A stretch of DNA of 64,000 bases from Acidimicrobiales bacterium (GTDB lineage: Bacteria > Actinomycetota > Acidimicrobiia > Acidimicrobiales > AC-14): contig JBHELO010000014.1 in assembly GCA_046263055.1 (NCBI GenBank), positions 32 through 64,031 of the forward strand. The letters are read 5' to 3'. The notes under the pieces were generated by a model, which was not told the DNA's origin, ran no database searches, and was given only the letters and a program-made list of their open reading frames with translations. Shown here one piece after another: positions 55,440 to 64,000 of the stretch. Position 1 is the stretch's first letter. Each line of letters begins with the position of its first letter. Both the position numbers and the translations under genes were made by a program.

Positions 55440-56714
55440 GTGCCCACCCGGCGGGGCTGGGCGCTGGGGGCGGGCGCCGTGGTGCTGGCCGCCGCCGGCC
55501 GCCTGCTCGGGATCTACGAGCTGTTCGTGCTGGCCGCCGGGGCCGGCGGCCTCCTCCTGGCGGGGGCGGTCACGGTGGCCACCCGTGCGGTGGACCTCGA
55601 CGCCAGCCGGACGGTGCGCCCCATCCGGGTCTACGCCGGGGGGAACAGCCGGGTCGAGCTGGCCATCCGCAACCGCGCCCGACGGCCGTCGCCGGTGGTC
55701 ACCGTGCGCGACTCCTTCTCCCGGGCCACCACCGCCGGCGCCGATCCGGGCGCCCGCCGCCAGGCCCGGCTCCTGCTCGCCCCACTGGTGCCGGGCCAGG
55801 AGGACCGGGCCAGCTACCGGCTGCCGGCCGAGCACAGGGGAATCTTCTCGGTGGGGCCCCTCGAGGCCGAGGTGGGCGACGCCTTCGGCCTGTGGTCGAA
55901 GGTGGCCACCATCGCCCCCGCCATCGAGCTGACCGTGTACCCGCCGGTGGAGGCGGTACCCGCCCTCGCCCACGCCCAGGGCGACGACCCCACCGCAGGA
56001 GCGCCCCGGCCGGCCACCGTCGGCCCCACCGGCGAGGACCTCTACGGCCTCCGCCCCTACCAGGTGGGCGACGACCTCCGTCGGGTCCACTGGCCATCGA
56101 CCGCCCGCACCGGCGACCTGGTCGTGCGCCAGCTGGAGCTTCCCTGGCAGGGCCGGGCCACCGTGCTCCTGGACGTGCGGGCGAAGGTCCACTCCGACGC
56201 CAGCATGGAGGCCGCCGTCTCCGCGGCGGCCAGCATCGTGAGCGCGTCGTGGGCGGGTGGGGCGCTGGTCCGCCTGGCCGCCACCGACGGCACCGACTCC
56301 GGCTTCGCCGCCGGCCACGCCCACTTCGAGGCGGTCATGGAGCACCTGGCGGTGGTCGGCCTGGGCCGGGTCGACGGGCTCGACGCCGCTGTGGCCAGCC
56401 TCCACCGGGCCGGCAACGGCGGGGCCATCGCGGTGGTGACCACCTCGGCCGCCCCCGCCGCCGACCTGGAGCGGCTCGCCGGGCTGTCCGGCCGGTTCGG
56501 GTCGCTGACCCTGGTGGTGGTGGAAGGGCCGCCGGTCCGCTCCCGCCCGGGGCCCGGTGGGTCCTCCCCGCCCGGGGGCGCGCGGGCGGGGCCGGGGGCC
56601 CACGGTGGCGCCCGCGCCGGCGGCCTGGCCCTGGTGCGGGTGGCGGCCGGCGGCGCCCTGGCCCCGGCGTGGGAGGCGGCCGCCGGCCGGCGGCCGGCGG
56701 GGAGCCGCCGGTGA
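55440..56714 (+). CDS. DUF58-domain protein (vWA-like partner of MoxR)
   Basis: Two N-terminal TM helices; GEDLYGLRPYQVGDDLRRVHWPSTARTGDLVVRQLE. Confidence 0.85.
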   Translation: MPTRRGWALGAGAVVLAAAGRLLGIYELFVLAAGAGGLLLAGAVTVATRAVDLDASRTVRPIRVYAGGNSRVELAIRNRARRPSPVVTVRDSFSRATTAGADPGARRQARLLLAPLVPGQEDRASYRLPAEHRGIFSVGPLEAEVGDAFGLWSKVATIAPAIELTVYPPVEAVPALAHAQGDDPTAGAPRPATVGPTGEDLYGLRPYQVGDDLRRVHWPSTARTGDLVVRQLELPWQGRATVLLDVRAKVHSDASMEAAVSAAASIVSASWAGGALVRLAATDGTDSGFAAGHAHFEAVMEHLAVVGLGRVDGLDAAVASLHRAGNGGAIAVVTTSAAPAADLERLAGLSGRFGSLTLVVVEGPPVRSRPGPGGSSPPGGARAGPGAHGGARAGGLALVRVAAGGALAPAWEAAAGRRPAGSRR

Positions 56715-59122
56715 GCACGCGCCTGGCACTGCCGCCCCGCCCCGTGCCCCCGCCAGCGGGCGGGGACATCACGCCGGGTCCGGCCCGGTCCGCCGCGACC
56801 TCCCGCTCGGCGGCCGGATGGGCGCCGGCGGGCTCGGAGGTCGCCCTGCTGGCGGTGACGGCGGCGGCCGTCGTCGGGTTGTCCCGGCTGTTCTCCGACG
56901 GGGACTTCCTCGGCCCCTGCCTGGTGGCGGCGGTGGGGGGCCACGGGCTGGCCTCAGGCCTCCGTCGCCGCCGAGTGAACGCGGTGGCCGCCACCGTCGC
57001 CTCGGGCATCGGCCTGCTGGTGGTGTGCGGTTGGGTCGTCGAGTCGCGCAGCCTCACCCTCGGCCTCCCCCTGGCCGGCACCTGGCACGCCATCCGCGCC
57101 GACCTGGGATCGGCTGCCACCCGGTTCGGCCAGGTCCGGGCCCCCACGCCCGCCGTCCCCAGCTTCATCCTGGCGTGCGTGATCGCCACCTGGGTCGTGG
57201 CCGTGGCCGCCGACGCGTTCGCCTTCCGGGCCCGGACCCGCTTCGAGGCCCTGGCCCCGTCGTTCGTCCTCTTCCTCTTCGGAGCGGTGGTGGGCGCCGA
57301 GCAGTTCCGGCTCGCCACCAGCGGCCTGTACCTGGCCGCCGTGCTCGTGTTCGTGGTGGCAGCCGACGCCTCCCGTCGGCCCGCCCCGGCGTGGTTCGGG
57401 GGCCGGGCGGGCGACGGCGACCGGGCCCTCCTGCGCTCGGGCCTGGCCACCGCCGTGGTGGCGGTGCTGGTGGCCATGGTGGCCGGCCCCCGCCTGCCCG
57501 GCGCCTCCGACCTCGGCCTGCTGGGGTGGCGCAACGGGTCCGAGCGGTCGTCGGGGTCCCGCACCACCATCAGCCCGCTGGTCGACATCCGCAACCGCCT
57601 CATCGACCAGTCGGGCGTGGAGCTCTTCACCGTCGACAGCCCGGTGGCCAGCTACTGGCGGATGACCTCGCTCGAGCGCTTCGACGGCACCATCTGGTCG
57701 TCGGTGGGCAGCTACCAGCCGGCCAAGGGCCACCTGCCCACCGGCCCGCCCACCAAGTCGGCCGACGAGCTGGTCACCCAGCAGTTCGACGTGGAGTCCC
57801 TGTCCGCCATCTGGCTCCCCGCCGCCTACCAGGCCCGCCGCCTGGACGGGGTCAGCCGGGTGCGCTGGGACCCCGACTCGTCGAGCCTGCTCACCGACGC
57901 CGACACGTCCGACAAGCTCCGCTACACCGTGCAGTCGGCCCTGCCCAAGCTGGACGCCGCCCAGCTCGACACGTCCCCGGCGTCGCTCTCCTCCGACATG
58001 GCCGCCCGCTACCTCGACCTCCCGTCCGGCTTCCCGGCCCGGGTGCGGGCTCTGGCTGCGACGGTGACCAAGGGCACACCTGCCACCTGTCAGGCCCTCG
58101 GGTGCTCGGCCGCCGAGCGGGCGAGCGGCACCCTCACGCCGTTCCATCAGGCCCGCGCCCTCCAGGACTGGTTCCGGGCCGACTTCCAGTACGACCTCAC
58201 GGTGCCCGCCGGCCACGACGACTCCGCCATCGAGCACTTTCTCTTCGACACCAGGCGCGGCTACTGCGAGCAGTTCGCAGGGTCGTTCGCGGCCATGGCC
58301 CGGGCGCTCGGGCTGCCCAGCCGGGTGGCGGTGGGCTTCACGCCCGGCACCAAGGGCGACGACGGCAAGTGGCACGTGACCGACCGGGAGGCCCACGCCT
58401 GGCCCGAGGTCTGGCTCGCTCCCTACGGGTGGGTGGCATTCGAGCCCACGCCCACCCGTGCCATCCCCGGCGCCGACGCCTACACCGGCCTGAACGGGGC
58501 GTCGGCCAGCACCGGCACGGACGCCGCCGGGGCCACCGCCGCCACCTCGGCCACCACCGCGCCACCCTCCGCCGGCGCCGGCCCCGACACCACCGAGGCC
58601 GCCGCCCCCCAGGGCTCGGCCACCACCGGCAGCGGGCGCTCGGGGCTGCCGCTGCCCTCCCCGCTGGGCCTGGTGGCGGCCGCTGTCGTGCTCTACCTGG
58701 TGGCCGTCCCATTGGCCCACCGCGCCCGGCGCGCCCGCCGCCGGGCCGGAGCGTCGGGCCCCACCGGGCGCGTCCTCGCGGCGTGGGCCGACGTCCAGGA
58801 CGACCTGGCCCTCGCCGGCGTCGGCCGCCGCCCGGCGGAGACGGCCACCGAGTACGCGGCCCGGGCCCGGTCGGGCGCCGCCGGCATGGGGCCGGCGGTG
58901 TCGGACCTGGCCGGCTACGTGTCGGCCGCCGCCTTCTCTCCCACTGGGGCGGACGAGGCCACCGCAGCCCGCGCCGAGGCCTCGGCCCGGGCCGTACACG
59001 ACGAGGTGGCCTGCGACGTGCGGCCGAGCCGCCGGGCGGCCCGCTCTCTCGACCCCCGGCCCCTCGTCGGGGCCGGCGCGGCCGCCGTCCGGGCCCGGCG
59101 CCGAGCCCGCCCACCGGACTGA
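56711..59122 (+). CDS. transglutaminase-domain membrane protein (TgpA-like)
   Basis: Multi-TM N-terminus and transglutaminase core RRGYCEQFAGSFAAMARALGLPSRVAVGF...REAHAWPEVW. The GTG start forms GTGA with the DUF58 gene stop. Confidence 0.85.
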   Translation: MSTRLALPPRPVPPPAGGDITPGPARSAATSRSAAGWAPAGSEVALLAVTAAAVVGLSRLFSDGDFLGPCLVAAVGGHGLASGLRRRRVNAVAATVASGIGLLVVCGWVVESRSLTLGLPLAGTWHAIRADLGSAATRFGQVRAPTPAVPSFILACVIATWVVAVAADAFAFRARTRFEALAPSFVLFLFGAVVGAEQFRLATSGLYLAAVLVFVVAADASRRPAPAWFGGRAGDGDRALLRSGLATAVVAVLVAMVAGPRLPGASDLGLLGWRNGSERSSGSRTTISPLVDIRNRLIDQSGVELFTVDSPVASYWRMTSLERFDGTIWSSVGSYQPAKGHLPTGPPTKSADELVTQQFDVESLSAIWLPAAYQARRLDGVSRVRWDPDSSSLLTDADTSDKLRYTVQSALPKLDAAQLDTSPASLSSDMAARYLDLPSGFPARVRALAATVTKGTPATCQALGCSAAERASGTLTPFHQARALQDWFRADFQYDLTVPAGHDDSAIEHFLFDTRRGYCEQFAGSFAAMARALGLPSRVAVGFTPGTKGDDGKWHVTDREAHAWPEVWLAPYGWVAFEPTPTRAIPGADAYTGLNGASASTGTDAAGATAATSATTAPPSAGAGPDTTEAAAPQGSATTGSGRSGLPLPSPLGLVAAAVVLYLVAVPLAHRARRARRRAGASGPTGRVLAAWADVQDDLALAGVGRRPAETATEYAARARSGAAGMGPAVSDLAGYVSAAAFSPTGADEATAARAEASARAVHDEVACDVRPSRRAARSLDPRPLVGAGAAAVRARRRARPPD

Positions 59123-59200
59123 GGTTCGTCGTCAGCGAGGCGCGGCCCACGGTGGCACGACTGCGCCCGGCGGCTCGCCGCCGCCACTTCCCGGAGGTGG

Positions 59201-59572
59201 CTAGTCGCGCTTGAAGCGCTTGCGGATCCGCTTGCCGGCGTCGCCCATGGCCTCGCGGAAGTTGTGCGTCTTCATGCTGTCGGACACCTGACGCCACCCG
59301 GCCCGGCCCATCTTGCGCAGGTTGCGCAGGAAGACGATGGCCGAGCCCAGCATCACCAGGAAGCCGGCGAAGCCCAGGACCAGGGAGGAGGCGAAGGCCA
59401 CCAGGAGGACGGCGAAGCCGACGAAGAAGCCGGCGGCCGCCCACTTCAGGTTGCGGCCGGCGTGGCGGTAGAGGGTGGTCTTGCCGACCTCACGCGCGAA
59501 CGCGGGGTCGCTCTCGTAGAACTGCTGCTCGATCTCGTGGAGGATTCGCTGCTCGTCCTCGGAAAGCGGCAC
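59201..59572 (-). CDS. DUF3040-family membrane protein
   Basis: PLSEDEQRILHEIEQQFYESDP followed by two TM helices. GTG 59572 is preceded by GAGAGGG. Confidence 0.75.
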   Translation of the reverse strand: MPLSEDEQRILHEIEQQFYESDPAFAREVGKTTLYRHAGRNLKWAAAGFFVGFAVLLVAFASSLVLGFAGFLVMLGSAIVFLRNLRKMGRAGWRQVSDSMKTHNFREAMGDAGKRIRKRFKRD

Positions 59573-59665
59573 GTCTACCCTCTCAACGTCCCTGCTCCTG
59601 CGGCAGGAGCCAATCTTCGCACAGCCCGAGCAGGTCGACAACGCGATGACGGGGTCCCCGGGCCA

Positions 59666-61255
59666 TCAGCCTAGACCTCCTTCCGGCACTTGCGGCCCGG
59701 CCGGTCCCCACTGCTGGTCCCCCCGCCGGCGGACCTCCAAACCCCGCTCTCCCACCAGCGAGGCGGGGCCCACGGCCCGGTCGCCGAAGCGCCCGCGGAC
59801 GGCGTCGACCGCCCTCGCCACGCCCTCGCGGCGGTGGCCCGAGGCCATCACCTGGTCCAGGCTGAGCTGGCGCCCGGTGGCCGCCACCAGGTTGGAGGCG
59901 CTAACCCCGAGGAGGCGCACGCCGGGTGACGGGTCCACACCGTCGAGCAGGGCCCGGGCCGCCTCGGCCACCGCGGGACCGGTGTCCACCGGCTCTGGCT
60001 CGGTGTGGGAGCGGGTGATCGTGCGGAAGTCGCCGAAGCGGACCTTGAGGGTGACCGTCCGCCCGGCCAGGCCGGCGGCCCGCAGGCGGGCGGCCACCGC
60101 GTCGGACAAGCGCAGGACCTCCCGGCCGAGGGTGTCCAGGCTGTGGTGGTCGGTGGCGTAGGTCTCCTCGTGGCCGACGGACTTGGGCGCCCGGTCGGCC
60201 GTTACCGCCCGCCCGTCCCGGTTGGCGGCCAGGTCGTGCAACGACCGGCCCAGCGACGGCCCCAGCGCCCCCACCAGGGTCTCGACGGGCATGGCCGCCA
60301 GGTCGCCGACGGTCTGCACGCCGAAGCGCTCCAAGCGGCGGCGGGTGGCCGGCCCCACGCCCCACAGGGCGCCCACCGGGTGGGCGTGCAGGAAGGCCAG
60401 CTCCTCGGCCGGGGGCACCACCCGGACACCGGGACCGGGCACCGGCCCGGCCACGGAGGCGGTGGGCTTGGCCGCCTCCGACGCCAGCTTGGCCACCAGC
60501 TTGGTGGTGGCCACCCCCACCGACGCCCACAGGCCCAGCTGGTCGTGGACCCGGGCCCGGATCCGAGCGGCGATGGCGGGCGCCGGTCCCGACAGCCGGC
60601 GCACCGACGAGACGTCGAGGAAGGCCTCATCGAGGGCGATGCCCTCCACCACCGGCGTGAACGAGGTGAGGATGTCGTTGAACCGGCGGCTGACCTCGGC
60701 GTAGTCGGCGTAGCGGCCGGCCACGAACACGGCGTGGGGGCACAGCTTGCGGGCCCGGGCCGACGGCATGGCCGAGTGGACGCCGTAGGCCCGGGCCTCG
60801 TAGGAGGCGGCAGCCACCACCCCGCGGCCGCCCGTGCCGCCCACGATCACGGCCTTGCCGGCCAGCGACGGGTCCCGCAGGACCTCCACGGCGGCGAAGA
60901 AGGCGTCGAGGTCCACGTGGACGATGGTGAGGGCCGAGACCTGGTCGTCGCCCCCGTCGGTGGCCCCGGACGCGGGGGCCGGGACCGTTGCCCGGGGTGG
61001 CACCGCGGGAGAGGGAGCGGGCTCCGTTGCCCGGGGTGCGACCGCGGGAGAGGGAGCGGGCTCGGTTGCCCGGGGTGCGACCGCGGGGGCGGGGGCGGGC
61101 TCGGTTGCCCGGGGTGCGACCTGGGGAGCGGGAGCGGGCTCGGTTGCCCGGGGTGCGACCTCGGGGGCCGGGGTCGGCGTCGGCTCGGGGGCTGTTCCTC
61201 GGGCACCCGACGGCGGCCGGCCGGTGGTCGGTGGCGTGCGCGCCGGCACGGTCAC
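59666..61255 (-). CDS. dinB: DNA polymerase IV (Y-family) with a repeat-containing N-terminal extension
   Basis: IVHVDLDAFFAAVE, SYEARAYGV and IALDEAFLDV. The only in-frame starts upstream of the catalytic HVDLD are GTG 61255 and GTG 61249. GTG 61255 forms GTGA with the ppm1 stop. Confidence 0.88.
   Translation of the reverse strand: MTVPARTPPTTGRPPSGARGTAPEPTPTPAPEVAPRATEPAPAPQVAPRATEPAPAPAVAPRATEPAPSPAVAPRATEPAPSPAVPPRATVPAPASGATDGGDDQVSALTIVHVDLDAFFAAVEVLRDPSLAGKAVIVGGTGGRGVVAAASYEARAYGVHSAMPSARARKLCPHAVFVAGRYADYAEVSRRFNDILTSFTPVVEGIALDEAFLDVSSVRRLSGPAPAIAARIRARVHDQLGLWASVGVATTKLVAKLASEAAKPTASVAGPVPGPGVRVVPPAEELAFLHAHPVGALWGVGPATRRRLERFGVQTVGDLAAMPVETLVGALGPSLGRSLHDLAANRDGRAVTADRAPKSVGHEETYATDHHSLDTLGREVLRLSDAVAARLRAAGLAGRTVTLKVRFGDFRTITRSHTEPEPVDTGPAVAEAARALLDGVDPSPGVRLLGVSASNLVAATGRQLSLDQVMASGHRREGVARAVDAVRGRFGDRAVGPASLVGERGLEVRRRGDQQWGPAGPQVPEGGLG
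60987..61181 (-). repeat. 39-bp tandem repeat, about 5 copies, in frame in the dinB 5' region (VAPRATEPAP[A/S]P[A/Q] x5)
   Basis: The plus-strand unit gttgcccggggtgcgaccgcgggagagggagcgggctcg is repeated head to tail with a few substitutions. Confidence 0.9.
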
Positions 61256-61986
61256 GACGTCCGGCCGCGCCGCAGGAGCCGGTCCCGGACGCCCCACCAG
61301 CTGACGAGGCCCAGCGCCTCGACCACGATGGTGGACGACATCTTCGACGTGCCGCGTTCGCGGTCGATGAACTCGATGGGGACCTCCACGATGCTGCCGC
61401 CGGCCCGGGCCACCCGGTAGGCCATCTCGATCTGGAAGCCGTAGCCGTCGGCCCGCACGGTGTGGAGGTCGATGGATGCCACCACCGACGACCGGTAGGC
61501 CCGGTAGCCGGAGGTGGCGTCGTTGACGGCGAGCCCGAGCACGGCCGCCGCGTAGCGGTTGCCCCAGCGGGACAGAGCCCGCCGCCGCCACGACCAGCGG
61601 GGGATGGACCCGCCGGGCACGTAGCGGGAGCCGACGGCCAGGTCGGCTCCGCCCTCGACGGCCCCCAGCAGGGAGGGCAGGGCGGCGGGATCGTGCGACA
61701 GGTCGCTGTCCATCTCCACGAGGACCTCGTAGCCGCGGTCCATGCCCTCGGTGAACCCGGCCCGGTAGGCGCTGCCGAGGCCAGCCTTGGCCGGCCGGCG
61801 CAGCACGTCCACCCCGCCCAGCTCGTGGCCCACCACTTTGGCCACGTCGGCGGTGCCGTCGGGGCTGGCGTCGTCCACCACCAGCACGTCGGCGCCGGGG
61901 GCGGCGGCCCGCAGCCGGCGCAGCACCTCGGCGATGTTGTCCGCCTCGTCGTACGTCGGCAACACCACCAGGGTGCGAAGCGTCAT
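61252..61986 (-). CDS. ppm1: polyprenol-phosphate mannosyltransferase (GT2, Ppm1/DPM1-like)
   Basis: VVLPTYDEADNI, VVDDASPDGT, EMDSDLSHDP and RYVPGG. Confidence 0.85.
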   Translation of the reverse strand: MTLRTLVVLPTYDEADNIAEVLRRLRAAAPGADVLVVDDASPDGTADVAKVVGHELGGVDVLRRPAKAGLGSAYRAGFTEGMDRGYEVLVEMDSDLSHDPAALPSLLGAVEGGADLAVGSRYVPGGSIPRWSWRRRALSRWGNRYAAAVLGLAVNDATSGYRAYRSSVVASIDLHTVRADGYGFQIEMAYRVARAGGSIVEVPIEFIDRERGTSKMSSTIVVEALGLVSWWGVRDRLLRRGRTS

Positions 61987-62021
61987 GTGGGGCCTCCGGT
62001 GCCCGAGCCTACGATGCCCCG

Positions 62022-62306
62022 ATGGCCGACGAGGGGCACCCGTCCCCGCCCGAGCGGGGGCCGACGGCGCTGCCCGGCGTGGGGCCCCGGGTGGTGGCGT
62101 TCGTGGTCATCATCGTGGGCGGGTTGTCGGGCCTGGCCATCGGCGTGGCCCTGGTCCGCGTCCAGTGCACGGGCGACTGCTCGGTCCCCGAGGGCCTGGG
62201 CGCGCTGGTCGGCGGGGTAGGGGCGGCCCTGGGCGTGGCCGTCATCGCCGTGCTCGTTCTCCGGGCCATGGGCGAGTGGCAGGCCAGCCCCGAGGCGCGC
62301 CGCTGA
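62022..62306 (+). CDS. hypothetical small membrane protein (94 aa, 2 TM)
   Basis: ATG start, high GC3, helices VVAFVVIIVGGLSGLAIGVALV and LVGGVGAALGVAVIAVLVL. Confidence 0.5.
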   Translation: MADEGHPSPPERGPTALPGVGPRVVAFVVIIVGGLSGLAIGVALVRVQCTGDCSVPEGLGALVGGVGAALGVAVIAVLVLRAMGEWQASPEARR

Positions 62307-62443
62307 GCCATCACCCCCGAGGTATCGACCGCCCGAGGGGCCGGCTGAAGGTGCGTCCTGTCGGAGACCCCGGCCAATCGTGATGGCCGTCGTGGGAACG
62401 TAGGGCGCCCCGAACGCGCCTGGACGCACGCCGGGGCGCGCTT

Positions 62444-62660
62444 CTACAGCGGCTCGTCTCCGGGGAAGGGCGGCGCTACGCCGCGGGGAACGGCCCCGGC
62501 GTCGGCCACTGCCGAGGCGAGCCGGGCGAGGATCGTCAGGTCCACGTGCAACGCCACGCGGTCGATCCTCCTCACACGAAGCGGGAGCATCGCCCACTCG
62601 TGCTTCAAGCGCCCGAGCTCACGCTCAACGGCCGCACGGCCCCGGTACATGCCCATCCAT
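62444..62660 (-). pseudogene. C-terminal remnant of an IS4/IS5-superfamily DDE transposase
   Basis: YRGRAAVERELGRLKHEWAMLPLRVRRIDRVALHVDLTILARLA is a typical DDE_Tnp_1 C-terminal block. No intact N-terminal or DDE region is visible upstream. Confidence 0.5.
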
Positions 62661-63215
62661 GGTGCCGTCTCCCAAGGGACCAGCCATTTACGAAATCCTG
62701 ATACCTGACCAACGCCGATGTGTTTCGCCGATCTCTCCGAGGGGTCAGGGCGCCACAGGCCTTCGACCCGGCTCCCCCGCGTCGACGCGATGCCAGCCTC
62801 TTTCGAGCCGGGCGCGCCAGGTGCCAGGACCGAGACCACCTGCGCGGTCCCGGCATCACCAGCCAGCGGGCCTGTATTTCAACTGCCCAGGTGGTTTCGG
62901 CCTGGGCGGCTACGACATTTAGGGTCCCTCCTAGGGGTCCACCACCTCGGTGAGGGGCCTCCGTAGGGTTCGCCGGGTCGGTTCTTCTGGTTCGGCTGGG
63001 ACTGCGACCGGAGCGCGGCGGCTCGACTCCTTACCGCTGATCGTCGAGTCGGACGAACCCCTCGGCACACGTGCATCCCTGTTCAGGAACTCGGGGCCGC
63101 GGCGAGACGGACCCCTGCTTGTGGAATGTCCGGATGGACACGACCCTCACGGAAGTGTGCGGAGCCAGCACTGGGAGGACCGGCGATAAGGAGCGACGAG
63201 GAAGGGGAGGAAGAA

Positions 63216-64000
63216 GTGGGACAGACAATCAGGTTGGGCATCGACGTGGCCTGCCGGGCCGACCACCAGGCGAGCTGCGCCGACGGCGCCGGCGAGTTCC
63301 TGTGGTCGGGCTGGGGGTTTCGGACCACGCCGGCCGATCTGGAGCGGCTGTGGGCCAAGGTGCCCGCCGGCGTCGAAGTCACTGTCGTCCTGGAGCCGAC
63401 CCGCAACGCCTGGGTGCCCCTGGCGGGGCTGCGGGCTCGGGGGGCGAAGGTGGTGATGGTGCCGCCCGAGCAGTCGGCCGACCTGCGGGACTACTACAAC
63501 AAGCACACCAAGACCGACCGGCTCGACTCCCGCATCCTGGCCCGGTTGCCACTCCTGCATCCCGACGGGCTGCGCTCGATCGACCACCTGGGCCCGGCCG
63601 AGCCCCTGCTGCGGGCGGTACGTCTGCGCTCCAGCCTGGTCAAGCGCCGCACCGCCACCGCCCAGCGCCTCGACGCCCTGGTCGAGCTTCTCGGGCCGTC
63701 GTGGGGCGACGTCCTGGGCACCGGCGACTACAACAAGAGCTCCCTGGCGTGCTGGAGCGCTACGCCGATCCGCGGGCGCTGCGGAAGTTGGGCCGCAAGC
63801 GGCTGACGACGCTGCTCATTCGGGCCAGCCGGGGGGCGTGGCGGGAGGCCAAGGCGGACGAGCTGCTGGCCGCAGCCGAGGAGTCGATCGAGCTGTGGGC
63901 CGCCGGAGGACTCGACTTCGAGGAGCTGGCCGGCGACATCGCCACCGAGGTGCGGCTGCTGCGCAACCTCAACGGTGAGATCCCAGCCATGGAGGACCGC
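63216..64000 (+). mobile_element. IS110-family (DEDD) transposase gene, frameshifted near 63740 and cut by the window end
   Basis: GTG 63216 follows GGGGAGGAAGAA. IRLGIDVACRADH, VVLEPT and KTDRLDSRILARL. The frame-0 ORF stops at 63806, but the homologous continuation LPGVLERYADPRALRKLGRKRLTTLL... runs in frame -1 to the window edge. Confidence 0.8.

Overview
Very GC-rich (roughly 70-75% by eye) chromosomal segment of an actinobacterium (mycothiol synthase, SepF, Bpa, MurT/GatD; no FtsA). From 27.2 to 44.3 kb on the minus strand lies a complete, tightly packed division/cell-wall (dcw) cluster, mraZ-rsmH-ftsL-ftsI-murE-murF-mraY-murD-ftsW-murG-murC-murB-ftsQ-ftsZ, continuing into pgeF-yggS-sepF-yggT. 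The left flank carries housekeeping genes: mshD, a VIT-family protein, rlmN, an acyl-CoA synthetase, a thioredoxin-domain protein, dnaE, bpa, an Rrf2 regulator, rluD, lspA, a DksA/TraR-like protein and ileS. The right flank carries murT-gatD, a DegT aminotransferase, an HNH endonuclease, a ROK kinase, MoxR-DUF58-transglutaminase, dinB and ppm1. The window ends in a lower-GC patch with a DDE transposase remnant and a frameshifted IS110-family transposase cut by the window edge. I saw no rRNA, tRNA or CRISPR. Most long ORFs in the six-frame track are stop-poor GC artefacts antisense to, or out of frame with, real genes; many true starts are internal GTG/TTG codons that overlap the upstream stop (GTGA/ATGA). 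Observations worth a second look: (1) the slot normally held by divIVA contains a membrane-anchored protein with a duplicated domain and a histone-like tail; (2) a perfect 15-bp tandem array begins inside the mraZ stop region, and a single TGA is the only interruption of a frame running from mraZ into rsmH; (3) near-perfect in-frame minisatellites sit in rlmN, dinB, ftsL and other genes; (4) the murB-ftsQ gap holds a leader micro-ORF and alternative hairpins that could sequester the ftsQ Shine-Dalgarno sequence (SD); (5) a palindromic intergenic repeat family; (6) a possible bridge-RNA region upstream of the IS110 gene. All functional calls come from motif recognition by eye and no searches were run.
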